Below, piece by piece: positions 19,208-28,382 of a DNA stretch of 35,763 bases (position 1 is its first letter; each line of letters begins with the position of its first letter). Both the position numbers and the translations under genes were made by a program. Under the pieces are notes generated by a model. The model saw only the letters and a list, made by a program, of their open reading frames with translations. It did not search any database and was not told where the DNA came from. The DNA comes from a virus. Lineage: Duplodnaviria > Caudoviricetes. Location of the stretch: the IMG/VR virus record IMGVR_UViG_3300025635_000084, positions 1-35,763 of that record, one strand, 5' to 3'.

Positions 19208-19461
19208 TTGTTCAACTCCTCAACTTGTTTTGATGCCATCTTGCCCGTCACCATGACTGACTCAATGTGGTTCTTAATCTTCTGACAGACCTGAAACGCA
19301 AGCCAAAGGGTCTCACGTTGTTCCTGTTCTTTGGCTCCGCTGGCTCGCCATGCGGCCATCAGCTTATCTTCGTAGGATGACCATGCCTCAGACCACAGAG
19401 GAGAGCGCAGGATGCGCTCCGCCTCATGTCCTCTGGCTATCTCTTTATCAAGACTTGGCAA
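19204..19461 (-). CDS. Small hypothetical protein between portal and scaffold
   Basis: RGHEAERIL...EQRETLW...TGKMA; coupled by overlaps. Confidence 0.65.
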   Translation of the reverse strand: MPSLDKEIARGHEAERILRSPLWSEAWSSYEDKLMAAWRASGAKEQEQRETLWLAFQVCQKIKNHIESVMVTGKMASKQVEELNK

Positions 19462-21919
19462 CGCGGCGCTCCACGATTTCCTTAATCAAGCCGTCCTTGT
19501 CCCGGACCACTTCTTTTCGGACTTCGCTGTTGTTAATTTGGTTTTGCAGGGAAGCAATCTGGTCGGCCATCTTTGCCAGAAGCTCGTCCCGCTTATCCTC
19601 TTCCTCGGACATATCCTTTTCTTCTGAATCATCTTTTTCCGAGTCGTCTTCCTCCATGTCCTTTTCTTCCATGCCCTTGGAATTTTGCATCTCTGGCATA
19701 ACAGCGAGGATTTCGGTTACCTGAGGCTCTCCTACGAGGATTCCGCCAGGGAGGATGTCCTTCATCTCCTGCATAGATAGCTTGGCCGCGTCCAGACCCG
19801 CCTTCTGGTCGGCAATGTACTTGTCGAGCGCTCGGTCTTTGGACTTGCTCATCTCCGCAATCTGAATCTGGAGCAGCTTGAGGTCGTTCTCGGTCTGGCG
19901 TCGCTTCATTTCGACTTCCATCGACAGGAGCTTGGCGTTGGAATCTGCCGAGTCCTTCATTCCCTTGAGTTCGTTCTGCAAGGTGGAGATTTCGCGCTTG
20001 AGACGCTGCTCCTCAATCTTGAGCATCATCTCGGCTTGCATCATCCGCTCTTCTGCAGCCACCTTCTGGGCGTCAACCTGAGCCCTTGCCATCTTGGACT
20101 GAGCGTCCAGCATCATCGCCTCTGCCTGTACCTGAGCCGCCATTGCGGCTGGGTCTGGCTGCGGCGGCGGCGGGGGCGGGGCCATTTTGGGGTCCATGAA
20201 GAACAGCTCAGGCGTGAGGCCCATCGCGCTGACCAGTTCTTTGTTGGCCATCCACATTTGTTCCGGCGCTACTAGCGACCCCATCGCTCCCGCCGCCGCG
20301 TACTTTTGCTGAAGGTCAATAATCTGCATCATCCCCATTACGCGACGCTCGCGGCTCTGGTTGCCCATGCCGACGCGCACCGTAATGTTCTCGCGCTCTC
20401 GCCACTCTCCGGGGTTTACGGGAACCCAACGATTGCGGAGCTTCAGGACCATTTCCCGGTCTTGGTTCTTGCTCAGGATTTCGTGGATATCCTTAAACAG
20501 CGGGACAAAGCCAACCTCGGCCATGATTCGGGCAATCATCTCAATCTTCATACGGGCCGCGTCGTAGGCCAGCGCGGCCACCCCGGTGTTCACGTTGCTG
20601 AGGGCGTTCTTATCAAGGCCAGCAACCTCGTCGCCAACGCCTGTGCGCTGCTTGATTTGCTGGTCCATGTACTCCATTAGCGGGAAGGTTTCCTGCGGCA
20701 GCGGAGAGGCAGGGAGCGGGGTCACATAAGCCCCAACGCCTTGGTCACCACGCACGCGGATAACCCCGCCAGGGCGGCTCGTCAGCAAGTCGTCCATGTT
20801 CACGAACTCATCGTTCACGATAGTCCGCGAGTTGTTGGCTAGGTAAGTGTTGTCTAAGACCTGACGCAACAGCGTGGACTTGATGTGCTGGATATCCATC
20901 GTCAAATCTGCGATGGAGAGTCCATAGAACTTGTGGGTCAGGATAACCGGGGTTGCTGTAGCAAACGGGATACGGTCGACCTCTTCCACGTCCAGCAGGG
21001 TCGCCGAGCCACCGCCATCAGGGTCGCCCGCGTAGGTCACCTTCAGTAGCTCGTCTATCCCGTCGTCATTCTTGTCGAGGTAGAGATAGCACTCGGTAAT
21101 CCAGTAAACATCCCGGTTATAGACTGTCGCCAGACCTTCGTCGTCTAGGCGGTCTCGGGCAATCTTCTCGGGGGTATCTACGTCGTCAGAAGTCGGGAGG
21201 CTCTCGACAAGTTTGCGGTCGTACCCTGCTTCAATAAGCTCGCTCTTCGACTTCTGGACCCGCATATAGCAGGACCGCGCATCCTTGGCGTATGGGCTGG
21301 AGGCATCCCGGCTAATCCCAAAATCCTCAGGAGCTACGGGCTCAATGCGGACTCGGCCTTTGTTCTTAGTAACCTTGAAAGCCGCCGACATAGACCCATC
21401 TTCCTCTACAGTGACCTCAATAGGTTCACGGGTCACGGTAGCGTCAGACATAAGCTGAAGAATGCTCAACTCATCAAGGCCGGTGTACTCCTCCCGCTCC
21501 TCGATTTCGGCATCTTCCCACCAGATTTTCAGAATGCCGTTCTTCGATAATAGGGCGTCCTTCAGAAAGGTATAGGTGTTATAGAACCCTTTGTTCTGCT
21601 TCCAGTAGACGTAGTTGACCACGTCCGTTTCCTGCTCGGCCTGCTCTTCGTCCTCTGGCCCGACAGCGTCAAACTGAACCATATTGTCAGCATCGCAGAA
21701 GATGCGGACCAAGCTCGGCAGAATCCACTCGACAGTCTCCATGACTTCCCGAGTGATGACCTGACTCCTGCCCTCTGCCTCGTCTCCGTACTGCTCGCCT
21801 AGATAGTAGTCCAGCGCGGCAGCACGCTCATTGGAGATTTCAGAACCCCAACGCCCGATGGTGGAGGTGACCTCCATCTGGGCCTTGGCGAGAATCTGCG
21901 AGTCAGTCAGCTTGGGCAT
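19448..21919 (-). CDS. Portal protein with long C-terminal coiled-coil/acidic extension
   Basis: ALDYYLG, EGRSQV, DALLSKNG, STLLRQVLDN, DDLLTSRPGG; follows terminase; likely start ATG 21919. Confidence 0.9.
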   Translation of the reverse strand: MPKLTDSQILAKAQMEVTSTIGRWGSEISNERAAALDYYLGEQYGDEAEGRSQVITREVMETVEWILPSLVRIFCDADNMVQFDAVGPEDEEQAEQETDVVNYVYWKQNKGFYNTYTFLKDALLSKNGILKIWWEDAEIEEREEYTGLDELSILQLMSDATVTREPIEVTVEEDGSMSAAFKVTKNKGRVRIEPVAPEDFGISRDASSPYAKDARSCYMRVQKSKSELIEAGYDRKLVESLPTSDDVDTPEKIARDRLDDEGLATVYNRDVYWITECYLYLDKNDDGIDELLKVTYAGDPDGGGSATLLDVEEVDRIPFATATPVILTHKFYGLSIADLTMDIQHIKSTLLRQVLDNTYLANNSRTIVNDEFVNMDDLLTSRPGGVIRVRGDQGVGAYVTPLPASPLPQETFPLMEYMDQQIKQRTGVGDEVAGLDKNALSNVNTGVAALAYDAARMKIEMIARIMAEVGFVPLFKDIHEILSKNQDREMVLKLRNRWVPVNPGEWRERENITVRVGMGNQSRERRVMGMMQIIDLQQKYAAAGAMGSLVAPEQMWMANKELVSAMGLTPELFFMDPKMAPPPPPPQPDPAAMAAQVQAEAMMLDAQSKMARAQVDAQKVAAEERMMQAEMMLKIEEQRLKREISTLQNELKGMKDSADSNAKLLSMEVEMKRRQTENDLKLLQIQIAEMSKSKDRALDKYIADQKAGLDAAKLSMQEMKDILPGGILVGEPQVTEILAVMPEMQNSKGMEEKDMEEDDSEKDDSEEKDMSEEEDKRDELLAKMADQIASLQNQINNSEVRKEVVRDKDGLIKEIVERRVAKS

Positions 21920-22040
21920 TTTTTTTCCGCCTGGTTTCGACAGAATCAAGTCTGGCTTCCAGCGCCTCTATCGCGGCTTTGACCGCTGTCAGTTCAGCAC
22001 TCAATTCTGAAATTCGTTTTATCAAGTAAGCGGTATTCAC
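21903..22040 (-). CDS. Small coiled-coil protein (45 aa), not in ORF track
   Basis: GTG overlapping the terL stop: MNTAYLIKRISELSAELTAVKAAIEALEARLDSVETRRKKNAQAD. Confidence 0.55.
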   Translation of the reverse strand: MNTAYLIKRISELSAELTAVKAAIEALEARLDSVETRRKKNAQAD

Positions 22041-23314
22041 AAGATGCCTTTATTTGAATAACTAATCGGTTCCCACCGCTTCTCGGTCCGGCCCTTGTGC
22101 ATTGCGCCAACCCTGAACGCATCAGAACCGTGCGAAGCCCAGTCGTGGACAGGTCTCAGCCGGTAGGTTCTTCGCACCTCGTCATACTCCGCCCGATAGT
22201 GCCTAAGCGCGTTCAATCCTGCTGCACAGTGTAACGCATCGAACCAGCAATTCGGGAGCATTTTTCTGACTGCTTCTATGCCGTCCTCAATCCGGTGCTG
22301 AGGCTGGACAACCGGCCTTTGCCCCATCAGGTCGCTGAGGGTGTCCACTCGGGCTTTCCCGGTATCCAGACTTCGCTGCTTAGCGTCATGAGGCAGGACA
22401 ATATCCCCCAGCGTCCACTTGTTATCTCTAGACCTCCCAAGGACTACCTGAGCGTAATGGCTTAGGGGTTCTGAGTTGTTTTCGTAGTAGTCCAGAAGTC
22501 GTATTTCCGGTCCGACCCTTTGGGCGAACCAGATAGCGGTAGAGTCTCCAATACCAAGGTCCCACCAAGTTTCAACAGGGTATCCTGGGTCTGCATTGAT
22601 GTTACGAAATCTTCCTGACTTTTCTGCATCTTCAAGCAAACGCCCGTAATAAGCGCCGACAATGGCAGCGGTCCAGCTGCACTCGAACTCTTGGGAGTAT
22701 CTCTCTTCACTCAGTTGTTTCCTCTGGTCCTCAAGTTCATCCTCGTCCACATACCCTGTTTCACTAGCCCGGTGCACCACCACATACCAATCCGGGTGTT
22801 CTCGGTACTTGTCATAGAGGTGATAGAAGGCATTGTGGCCCATGGGGGTGCCGATGAAGGTTGCTCGTCCCTTCCGGTCTGCCAAGGCTGGACGGATGAT
22901 TTCCTCCCAAGTTCTTTCTGACATCTGGGCATATTCGTCCAAGGCCACAGCATCCAGATAGATACCTCGCAGGCTATCAGGACTGTCCGCCCCATACAGA
23001 CTGATGCGGCCTCCATTCGGGAAGTCCGCCCTCAGTTCCGCTTGGTTATACGTCATCCCCGGAATAGCTCTGGTGAACTCTTGGAGGTAGTCCCAAGCCA
23101 CCGCCTTAGCCTGCCGGTACAGGGGCGCAATGTAAGCGCCTCTTGGCCTTGGCTTCTGGCAGGTAATGATGTCCCGGACTAAATCGTTCAGCACCATCAC
23201 CGTCTTGCCGAACCTTCGATGGCAGACCGCTATTGCCCATCGTTCCTTCCGGTTGTGGTAGTCGAGCTGAAGCGGTCTGGGGGCGTAGTTTATTTCGATA
23301 CGCTGTCGGACCAT
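22037..23314 (-). CDS. terL: Terminase large subunit
   Basis: HRRFGKT Walker A, LDEYA Walker B, GTPMG, WDLG nuclease motif, HDWASHGSDAFR. Confidence 0.95.
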   Translation of the reverse strand: MVRQRIEINYAPRPLQLDYHNRKERWAIAVCHRRFGKTVMVLNDLVRDIITCQKPRPRGAYIAPLYRQAKAVAWDYLQEFTRAIPGMTYNQAELRADFPNGGRISLYGADSPDSLRGIYLDAVALDEYAQMSERTWEEIIRPALADRKGRATFIGTPMGHNAFYHLYDKYREHPDWYVVVHRASETGYVDEDELEDQRKQLSEERYSQEFECSWTAAIVGAYYGRLLEDAEKSGRFRNINADPGYPVETWWDLGIGDSTAIWFAQRVGPEIRLLDYYENNSEPLSHYAQVVLGRSRDNKWTLGDIVLPHDAKQRSLDTGKARVDTLSDLMGQRPVVQPQHRIEDGIEAVRKMLPNCWFDALHCAAGLNALRHYRAEYDEVRRTYRLRPVHDWASHGSDAFRVGAMHKGRTEKRWEPISYSNKGIL

Positions 23315-23547
23315 GTAATGACAAGCTCAATCGGCCCATCTTCTCCGGCAATAGTCTGGCTGACCTTCCCCTCGAGGCGGTCCCCGATTTCCTTCAATGC
23401 CGCAATGTCTCCACCTTCAGCAGCGGTGATAATGGCATTCGCTAAGGAATCGAGCTTCTTACCCTGCATGACAGCGCGCCTGATGGCGTCGCTCCATACC
23501 TTTGTTTTGGTAGCGTTTTTATTTCCGAGAGGGGCTCCGCCGGGCAC
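23290..23547 (-). CDS. terS: Putative terminase small subunit
   Basis: GAPLGNKNA...GDIAALKEIGDRLEGK; AAGGAG RBS; directly upstream of terL. Confidence 0.7.
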   Translation of the reverse strand: MPGGAPLGNKNATKTKVWSDAIRRAVMQGKKLDSLANAIITAAEGGDIAALKEIGDRLEGKVSQTIAGEDGPIELVITWSDSVSK

Positions 23548-23612
23548 GTTATGTTAACTCCTTAATTTTTGACGCCTCGGGATTTTGTCACTTTTGGACT
23601 ATTTGTACAATC

Positions 23613-23888
23613 CTACCACTTGACCTTGTCCGACCAATAGGCAGCAGAGGACTTCCCCTTAGCGATATTCTTGGCATGGCGAGCTTTGAATGATTTGCGT
23701 TTCTGTTTCATCTTGTCGCTTTCCCCTGCCTTGGGCTTGCCTGCGGTCTTGGCTCCCTGTTCCCCAAACCTGATGAGCTTCTCGGTCCCGTCGTAACAGG
23801 CTTTGACCATATGACTCTTGGTAGGGTGTCCTGGGGTGCGCCTTGGCTTGTTGCAGGGCAGCGTGTCTTTGTCGAGGAGTCCGGCCAT
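23613..23888 (-). CDS. Small basic hypothetical phage protein
   Basis: KLIRFGEQG, RKSFKARH, AAYWSDKVKW. Confidence 0.7.
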   Translation of the reverse strand: MAGLLDKDTLPCNKPRRTPGHPTKSHMVKACYDGTEKLIRFGEQGAKTAGKPKAGESDKMKQKRKSFKARHAKNIAKGKSSAAYWSDKVKW

Positions 23889-24248
23889 TTAAGCACTCAA
23901 CAGTAGGAGGATTTCTTCATCGTCTCGCAGCAGGCGTGCAAGTCGGCTTTCCTGAGCCTGCACCCTTGTTTCAATTTTGACAGCGGCTTTCTTAATCCGC
24001 TTGGCTAGGACTTCATCTCCAAGACCCTTCGCGATAGCGGCTTGGTCGTCTGCTTGCTGCTGGAGCTGCCGTAGCAACTCGATTTCTTCTGCCCTTGACC
24101 GGACAACAAAGACTCGGCCATTGACCGAAACCCGTTTCGGATATTTCGATTTCTTCCCTGATGCACCGCCTTTGGGGACAACAACAGGAACCCCGCCAAT
24201 CTGGAAGGCGGAGTCCTGAAACGCATTCTGTTGAAATGCTTTAGCCAT
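23889..24248 (-). CDS. Hypothetical protein with N-terminal AFQ repeats
   Basis: AFQQNAFQDSAFQ N-terminus; DDEEILLLL C-terminus. Confidence 0.65.
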   Translation of the reverse strand: MAKAFQQNAFQDSAFQIGGVPVVVPKGGASGKKSKYPKRVSVNGRVFVVRSRAEEIELLRQLQQQADDQAAIAKGLGDEVLAKRIKKAAVKIETRVQAQESRLARLLRDDEEILLLLSA

Positions 24249-24564
24249 TCATCCAGGGCAGTTCTACGGCTCTTGGAGTCGGTAGCTTTTGCCCCTCAAT
24301 CTGAGCCCTCACCATTTCTTCGTAGACTTTTGCTCTATCTCCGAGTGCAGCCAAGGTCCAGCCAATAGCCTCGTCAGAAGTAACGTTGTCCAAAGGAATA
24401 AAATTGCCGGGGTCAGGAGGAAGCAGACGAACATCGCTTGAAGCATTGCCTTTAAGCCCATTCTCTTCTCCAAGGCATTCAAAGTAACTGATTACTGCAA
24501 CATTGGAGAGCGGGCCCTCATCGATAACCTCAAACTTCGTGACTTTCCAAGTGTAGTTAATCAT
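24241..24564 (-). CDS. Putative tail-fibre-associated protein
   Basis: YTWKV...FIPLDNVT..EAIGW...LPW pattern; follows a fibre gene. Confidence 0.6.
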   Translation of the reverse strand: MINYTWKVTKFEVIDEGPLSNVAVISYFECLGEENGLKGNASSDVRLLPPDPGNFIPLDNVTSDEAIGWTLAALGDRAKVYEEMVRAQIEGQKLPTPRAVELPWMNG

Positions 24565-24697
24565 TTTTCTTCACCTGAGCTTCTGCTTGGTCTTTGATTT
24601 TCAGAACCAAAGGCCAGGCCCCCGAAGATGTAGGGAGGTTTCCCAAGGTCTGAAGAATTGCATTTACTTCCTCAACCGTCAGTTCTAGTTTTATCAT
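24557..24697 (-). CDS. Small fibre-associated protein (46 aa), not in ORF track
   Basis: ATGA overlap with the fibre stop; MIKLELTVEEVNAILQTLGNLPTSSGAWPLVLKIKDQAEAQVKKND. Confidence 0.7.
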   Translation of the reverse strand: MIKLELTVEEVNAILQTLGNLPTSSGAWPLVLKIKDQAEAQVKKND

Positions 24698-25899
24698 GGG
24701 ATTGTGCTCGCTAAGAGATAGTAAACAGTTCCATTGAAACGAACCGCAATGGTTCTATTTGCGGTCGGAGTCCCTGTTCCAACGTTCGTGCCTTCTGTAT
24801 AGAAACTCGGAATTGTGTTTCCTGCGCTTAGGTCAGTGCTGTAAAGCTGAATTGTGTCAGCGGGACCAGTCGTAGGCGCAGTTCCAGTTAAAATTGCAAG
24901 CGTGTTCGTTGCACTAGTTCCGAATGTGCTCGACCCAATTCCGAGGTTCCCGTTAAAATAATTTGATGCAGTGCCTGCGGAGTAAAAATTCCATCTTCCA
25001 GAAGCCGCTGCAATGTTGCTGTAAAACCCGAAGTTGTTCGTTGCGTCGGTGACTGAGCTTTCTGCAACAAAACCATACTGATTTGTGATTGTTGAGCTTG
25101 CGCCCTTGGCTTGCGGATTGACATAAAAATGAATCAGACTGCTAAGTGTGAAAGTCGCATTCTGAGTGATTGGTCTACTCATTATTCCGCGAAAACTGCT
25201 TGTTACTGAGCTTCCAATGGTAGCGTCAATAATTTGAGCATTAGAAAACGCGGAATGATTTATGGTCCCTGCAATCCTAAACGGGTCTCCGGTAGTCGTT
25301 GCGCCTATTCCAAGCGGCCCCGCAAAGTAATTCGGCGCAGAACCAGTTGCGTAAAAGTTCCATCTAGTAGAGCCAGAAGCGGCTATTTGCGAGAAAAACC
25401 CAACATTACTACTTGTCGCAACAGTTAAAGTCGTTTGTGCATTGTAACCATAAAGATTGGTTACTGAAGAACTTGCGCCAAGCGTCGTAAAGCCAGCTGC
25501 ATAATTTGATATTGACCCGGCAGTGAATGCCGTCGCTTCTGTGGAAACTCGACTGCTTATACCAAACGATGCCCCTGTCGCATTTGATGGCATCGTTACA
25601 TTTGACCACAACCCGTAAGCAACACCCGAACCTGTGGTCGGAAGAGTTCCGATAAGAGACACTTCCGCGCCTGCAATAGCTGAAGCAATGGCGCCGTTAA
25701 ATACGGCAACCCCCGTTGCGTTTAAATTCGTAAATGAACCAGCCGCAGGAGTGGTTCCGCCAATTGGAACGTTGTCTAACCCATCCACCACAACTGTGTG
25801 ATTAGCGTTCCAGTCACTTGGGACAACTTCCCCCGCCGCAACTGAGGCCGGGTCATCCGGGATTGCCGATACTTTTGGATGGGTGACGGTGATTGCCAT
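24694..25899 (-). CDS. Second fibre-like virion protein
   Basis: VPSDWNANH, IGGTTPAAGSFT and repeated TNxYG...FYxxGxAxNYF modules. Confidence 0.7.
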   Translation of the reverse strand: MAITVTHPKVSAIPDDPASVAAGEVVPSDWNANHTVVVDGLDNVPIGGTTPAAGSFTNLNATGVAVFNGAIASAIAGAEVSLIGTLPTTGSGVAYGLWSNVTMPSNATGASFGISSRVSTEATAFTAGSISNYAAGFTTLGASSSVTNLYGYNAQTTLTVATSSNVGFFSQIAASGSTRWNFYATGSAPNYFAGPLGIGATTTGDPFRIAGTINHSAFSNAQIIDATIGSSVTSSFRGIMSRPITQNATFTLSSLIHFYVNPQAKGASSTITNQYGFVAESSVTDATNNFGFYSNIAAASGRWNFYSAGTASNYFNGNLGIGSSTFGTSATNTLAILTGTAPTTGPADTIQLYSTDLSAGNTIPSFYTEGTNVGTGTPTANRTIAVRFNGTVYYLLASTIP

Positions 25900-25901
25900 T
25901 C

Positions 25902-26171
25902 TTAAGCCCAGACGCGCACTGGGTTCGGGGGATAGACTCGATACTGGTCAAGCTCTGGAGCTTCCTCGGTGTTCCTGACATTGGCGTGATAGCCAGGATA
26001 AGGAACAGGCGGGAGGTCCGGGTCTACTTGGTCTTCGTAGATAGTTCCGATGAGGTCTACAGCCGTGTACTTAGGGACGAAGTAAGTCTGGCCGTCAAAC
26101 GTTTCTTCAGTCCCGAGGACGGCTTTGCATTCCGCCTCGGTAGGAAAGTTGAGCATGTAGTCGTAGTACAT
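25902..26171 (-). CDS. Small acidic protein following the spike gene
   Basis: DLIGTIY...GYHANVR...PVRVWA. Confidence 0.6.
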   Translation of the reverse strand: MYYDYMLNFPTEAECKAVLGTEETFDGQTYFVPKYTAVDLIGTIYEDQVDPDLPPVPYPGYHANVRNTEEAPELDQYRVYPPNPVRVWA

Positions 26172-26180
26172 AGGGGTTCC

Positions 26181-27443
26181 TTAAGTGGTAATGCCCTGAA
26201 GTTCAGAGCCCGAAAGGCGACGCGGATAATAGGTAATTCGCCGAAGATATCCTCCAAGAAACTCTGACGTACCAGAACCAGAACCAAGAAGAACAACACT
26301 AAGCCCGGTAGGAACTGCTCCGGCTGTGTCCGTCACTGGAGTTTGCCCCGCGGAAGTAAAAGCAAAATCATTTACTTTATATGCAATCGCGCTTTTTCTG
26401 GTTGCAGTTGTTGGGGAAGCAGATGTCAACGTAGCAACGGTTGATGATGCCGAACGGATTACGCATTGATCTGCGGAACCTGTAGTAAATGCTCTAAAAA
26501 TAATCCGATTATTTGTTGATCCATCATTTGCATCAAAACCAGCAGCGCCTCTTGCACTTGTGCTCGCTAATTGAGTTTCTGCAAAAAAAGTCCCCTCACT
26601 CGCATTAAACCAAGGGCTCAGCGTATTAACGCTTGCGACGTCTGCGCTTCGGGTTGCAGATGCGGTGGTTGTAGCAATGTAGCTAGTGGGGAAGGCCCCG
26701 GCTTCTAGTTGAGCGCCCCAGATGTAAACTCCAGAAGTTCCATCGCCGGTATATATTGTATTGCTTGCAGAATCGCACAAATAAACAAACGGATTAATAT
26801 TTGCGGTTGATGTTGCTGCAACGCTTACGGAAACTCGATACCATCCGTTTCCTATATTGCTAATCGATTTTGCTGCCGGAGAGCCTACATCGGCAATTAT
26901 TGCTCCAGTACTCAGATTTACATCGACCCCAATATCAGAGCCAATTCCGCTTCCGCCAATCACAAACCTTATAAAGGTTCGTTCGCCTTGTTTAAGAAAT
27001 GCGCTCCATGTATACGTTGTGCCAGAAGTCGCCGCTACCACCCCATTGAGTCTATGAGTATTTGAAGCGGTCGAATCTTCAACAAATTTGTCTGCTGTTG
27101 TCGTTCCATCTGGGCTTGCAAGGGCATTTGCAGTTATTGTTGCGCGTGTTTTGCTCCAAGCCGCATTGTCAAACTCAGCACTATATGTCACGAGATTCGT
27201 CCGCTGCTCCTCCACCAAGAACCCACGGGCAGCAAGGGTGCTGGGGTCATAGTCAAAGCGCGCAGCATTCGTCGTGGCGGTCTGAAGCGTGCCAGTGGAA
27301 TCAAAATACGTTGCGTTACTGGCGCGAGTAAAGGTAATCCTGGAATCCAAACTGGAAGTGCCAATAAAATTTATCCTCAGCGTTGGATTTCTTATGGGCG
27401 AACCTCCAGGAGCGCCCAGCCCGAATCGGTTTAACTGCCACAT
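26181..27443 (-). CDS. Putative head-spike/fibre protein with carbohydrate-binding and LamG-like domains
   Basis: ITFTRAS, GFLVEEQRTNL, GNGWYRVS, WGAQLEAGAFPTSYI, TRSAD. Confidence 0.7.
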   Translation of the reverse strand: MWQLNRFGLGAPGGSPIRNPTLRINFIGTSSLDSRITFTRASNATYFDSTGTLQTATTNAARFDYDPSTLAARGFLVEEQRTNLVTYSAEFDNAAWSKTRATITANALASPDGTTTADKFVEDSTASNTHRLNGVVAATSGTTYTWSAFLKQGERTFIRFVIGGSGIGSDIGVDVNLSTGAIIADVGSPAAKSISNIGNGWYRVSVSVAATSTANINPFVYLCDSASNTIYTGDGTSGVYIWGAQLEAGAFPTSYIATTTASATRSADVASVNTLSPWFNASEGTFFAETQLASTSARGAAGFDANDGSTNNRIIFRAFTTGSADQCVIRSASSTVATLTSASPTTATRKSAIAYKVNDFAFTSAGQTPVTDTAGAVPTGLSVVLLGSGSGTSEFLGGYLRRITYYPRRLSGSELQGITT

Positions 27444-27746
27444 TTATTCGCACTCGGTGACGTAAAGCGTTCCGGCAGTGGCGTTCTTGATTGCGGCAAT
27501 CTTCTGTCCTGGCGCAATCTTGAAGTACTCAACGCCATAAACCGGCAGGAAGGTCGAGCTAGTCGTCGCCGTCGGATTCGAGCCAATCGCCACATGGCAG
27601 TCGGTTGTCGAAACCACTCGGATGATGTAAGTATTGATGCCCACCGCAGTCGACTGCACAGAGGCGTCGTAGGCTACGGTCTGGGCAGCGCCTAGGCCGA
27701 CGCATTGCGCAATCTGGCCGTCCTTATCGCGGGCAATCTTGGTCAT
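27444..27746 (-). CDS. Small beta-rich protein, possible spike base/decoration protein
   Basis: Directly upstream of the spike gene; NPTATT...GTLYVTE. Confidence 0.55.
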   Translation of the reverse strand: MTKIARDKDGQIAQCVGLGAAQTVAYDASVQSTAVGINTYIIRVVSTTDCHVAIGSNPTATTSSTFLPVYGVEYFKIAPGQKIAAIKNATAGTLYVTECE

Positions 27747-28087
27747 GTCATTTCCTTTTCTTTGACTTTCCGGCCACGCTCAGGGCGATGGCGACGGCTT
27801 GTTTTTGCGGGTAACCCTTTTTCATCTCCGTCTTGATGTTCTTGGAGATTGTTTTCTGGCTTGAGCCCTTCTTCAGCGGCATAAAATTCCTCGCAAAACT
27901 GTTTGGCTTCTCGGGCGGTTTTCCACTTACCTAGTATAACGGGAAAATCCCATTGTAGGACGCTGGGTTTCCAAAAATTCCTAATAACCACCCAATGTTT
28001 TCCTCTCCAGACCGCCATAAGGCGATGCTGACCGGGTTGGACAATCTGTGTCCATCGGTCATGCTCCTTTTTCCATATCATCGCCAA
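27743..28087 (-). CDS. Hypothetical Trp-rich protein
   Basis: Fills the gap after the nuclease gene; its C-terminal third overlaps 27748-27882 in another frame. Confidence 0.5.
   Translation of the reverse strand: MAMIWKKEHDRWTQIVQPGQHRLMAVWRGKHWVVIRNFWKPSVLQWDFPVILGKWKTAREAKQFCEEFYAAEEGLKPENNLQEHQDGDEKGLPAKTSRRHRPERGRKVKEKEMT
27748..27882 (-). CDS. Small basic protein (44 aa) with KQAVAIALS motif, not in ORF track
   Basis: GAGGA RBS; [44 protein letters not shown]; stop abuts the next ATG. Confidence 0.8.
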   Translation of the reverse strand: MPLKKGSSQKTISKNIKTEMKKGYPQKQAVAIALSVAGKSKKRK

Positions 28088-28382
28088 GGGCTATTCTCCA
28101 GTCTCCGATGCCTAAACAGTCCAGCGCAGACTGGTCCGTGGTCACAATGTGGACCTCGGCTTTCTGCCTCGCTATCCACTCCTCTTGGGGTTTTGTTAGC
28201 TTTCTGGCCGAAGGAGGTTTGTCCGGGTCCTTGACCTCCATCAGGAACCATTTCCCCCAAAAGCTCACCAGAAGGTCCGGGACGCCTTGGCCTACTTTAT
28301 GCAGAGAAGTCACTTCGGCCCCAGCATCCCGGAGCACCTTCATAATCCGGGCATGGTTAGCGTCAGTTTTTGTTACTCTCAT
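28059..28382 (-). CDS. PD-(D/E)xK endonuclease (VRR-NUC/resolvase-like)
   Basis: DANH..I...LR..GA.V...GQGVPDLLV...MEVK...LTKPQ. Confidence 0.8.
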   Translation of the reverse strand: MRVTKTDANHARIMKVLRDAGAEVTSLHKVGQGVPDLLVSFWGKWFLMEVKDPDKPPSARKLTKPQEEWIARQKAEVHIVTTDQSALDCLGIGDWRIALGDDMEKGA

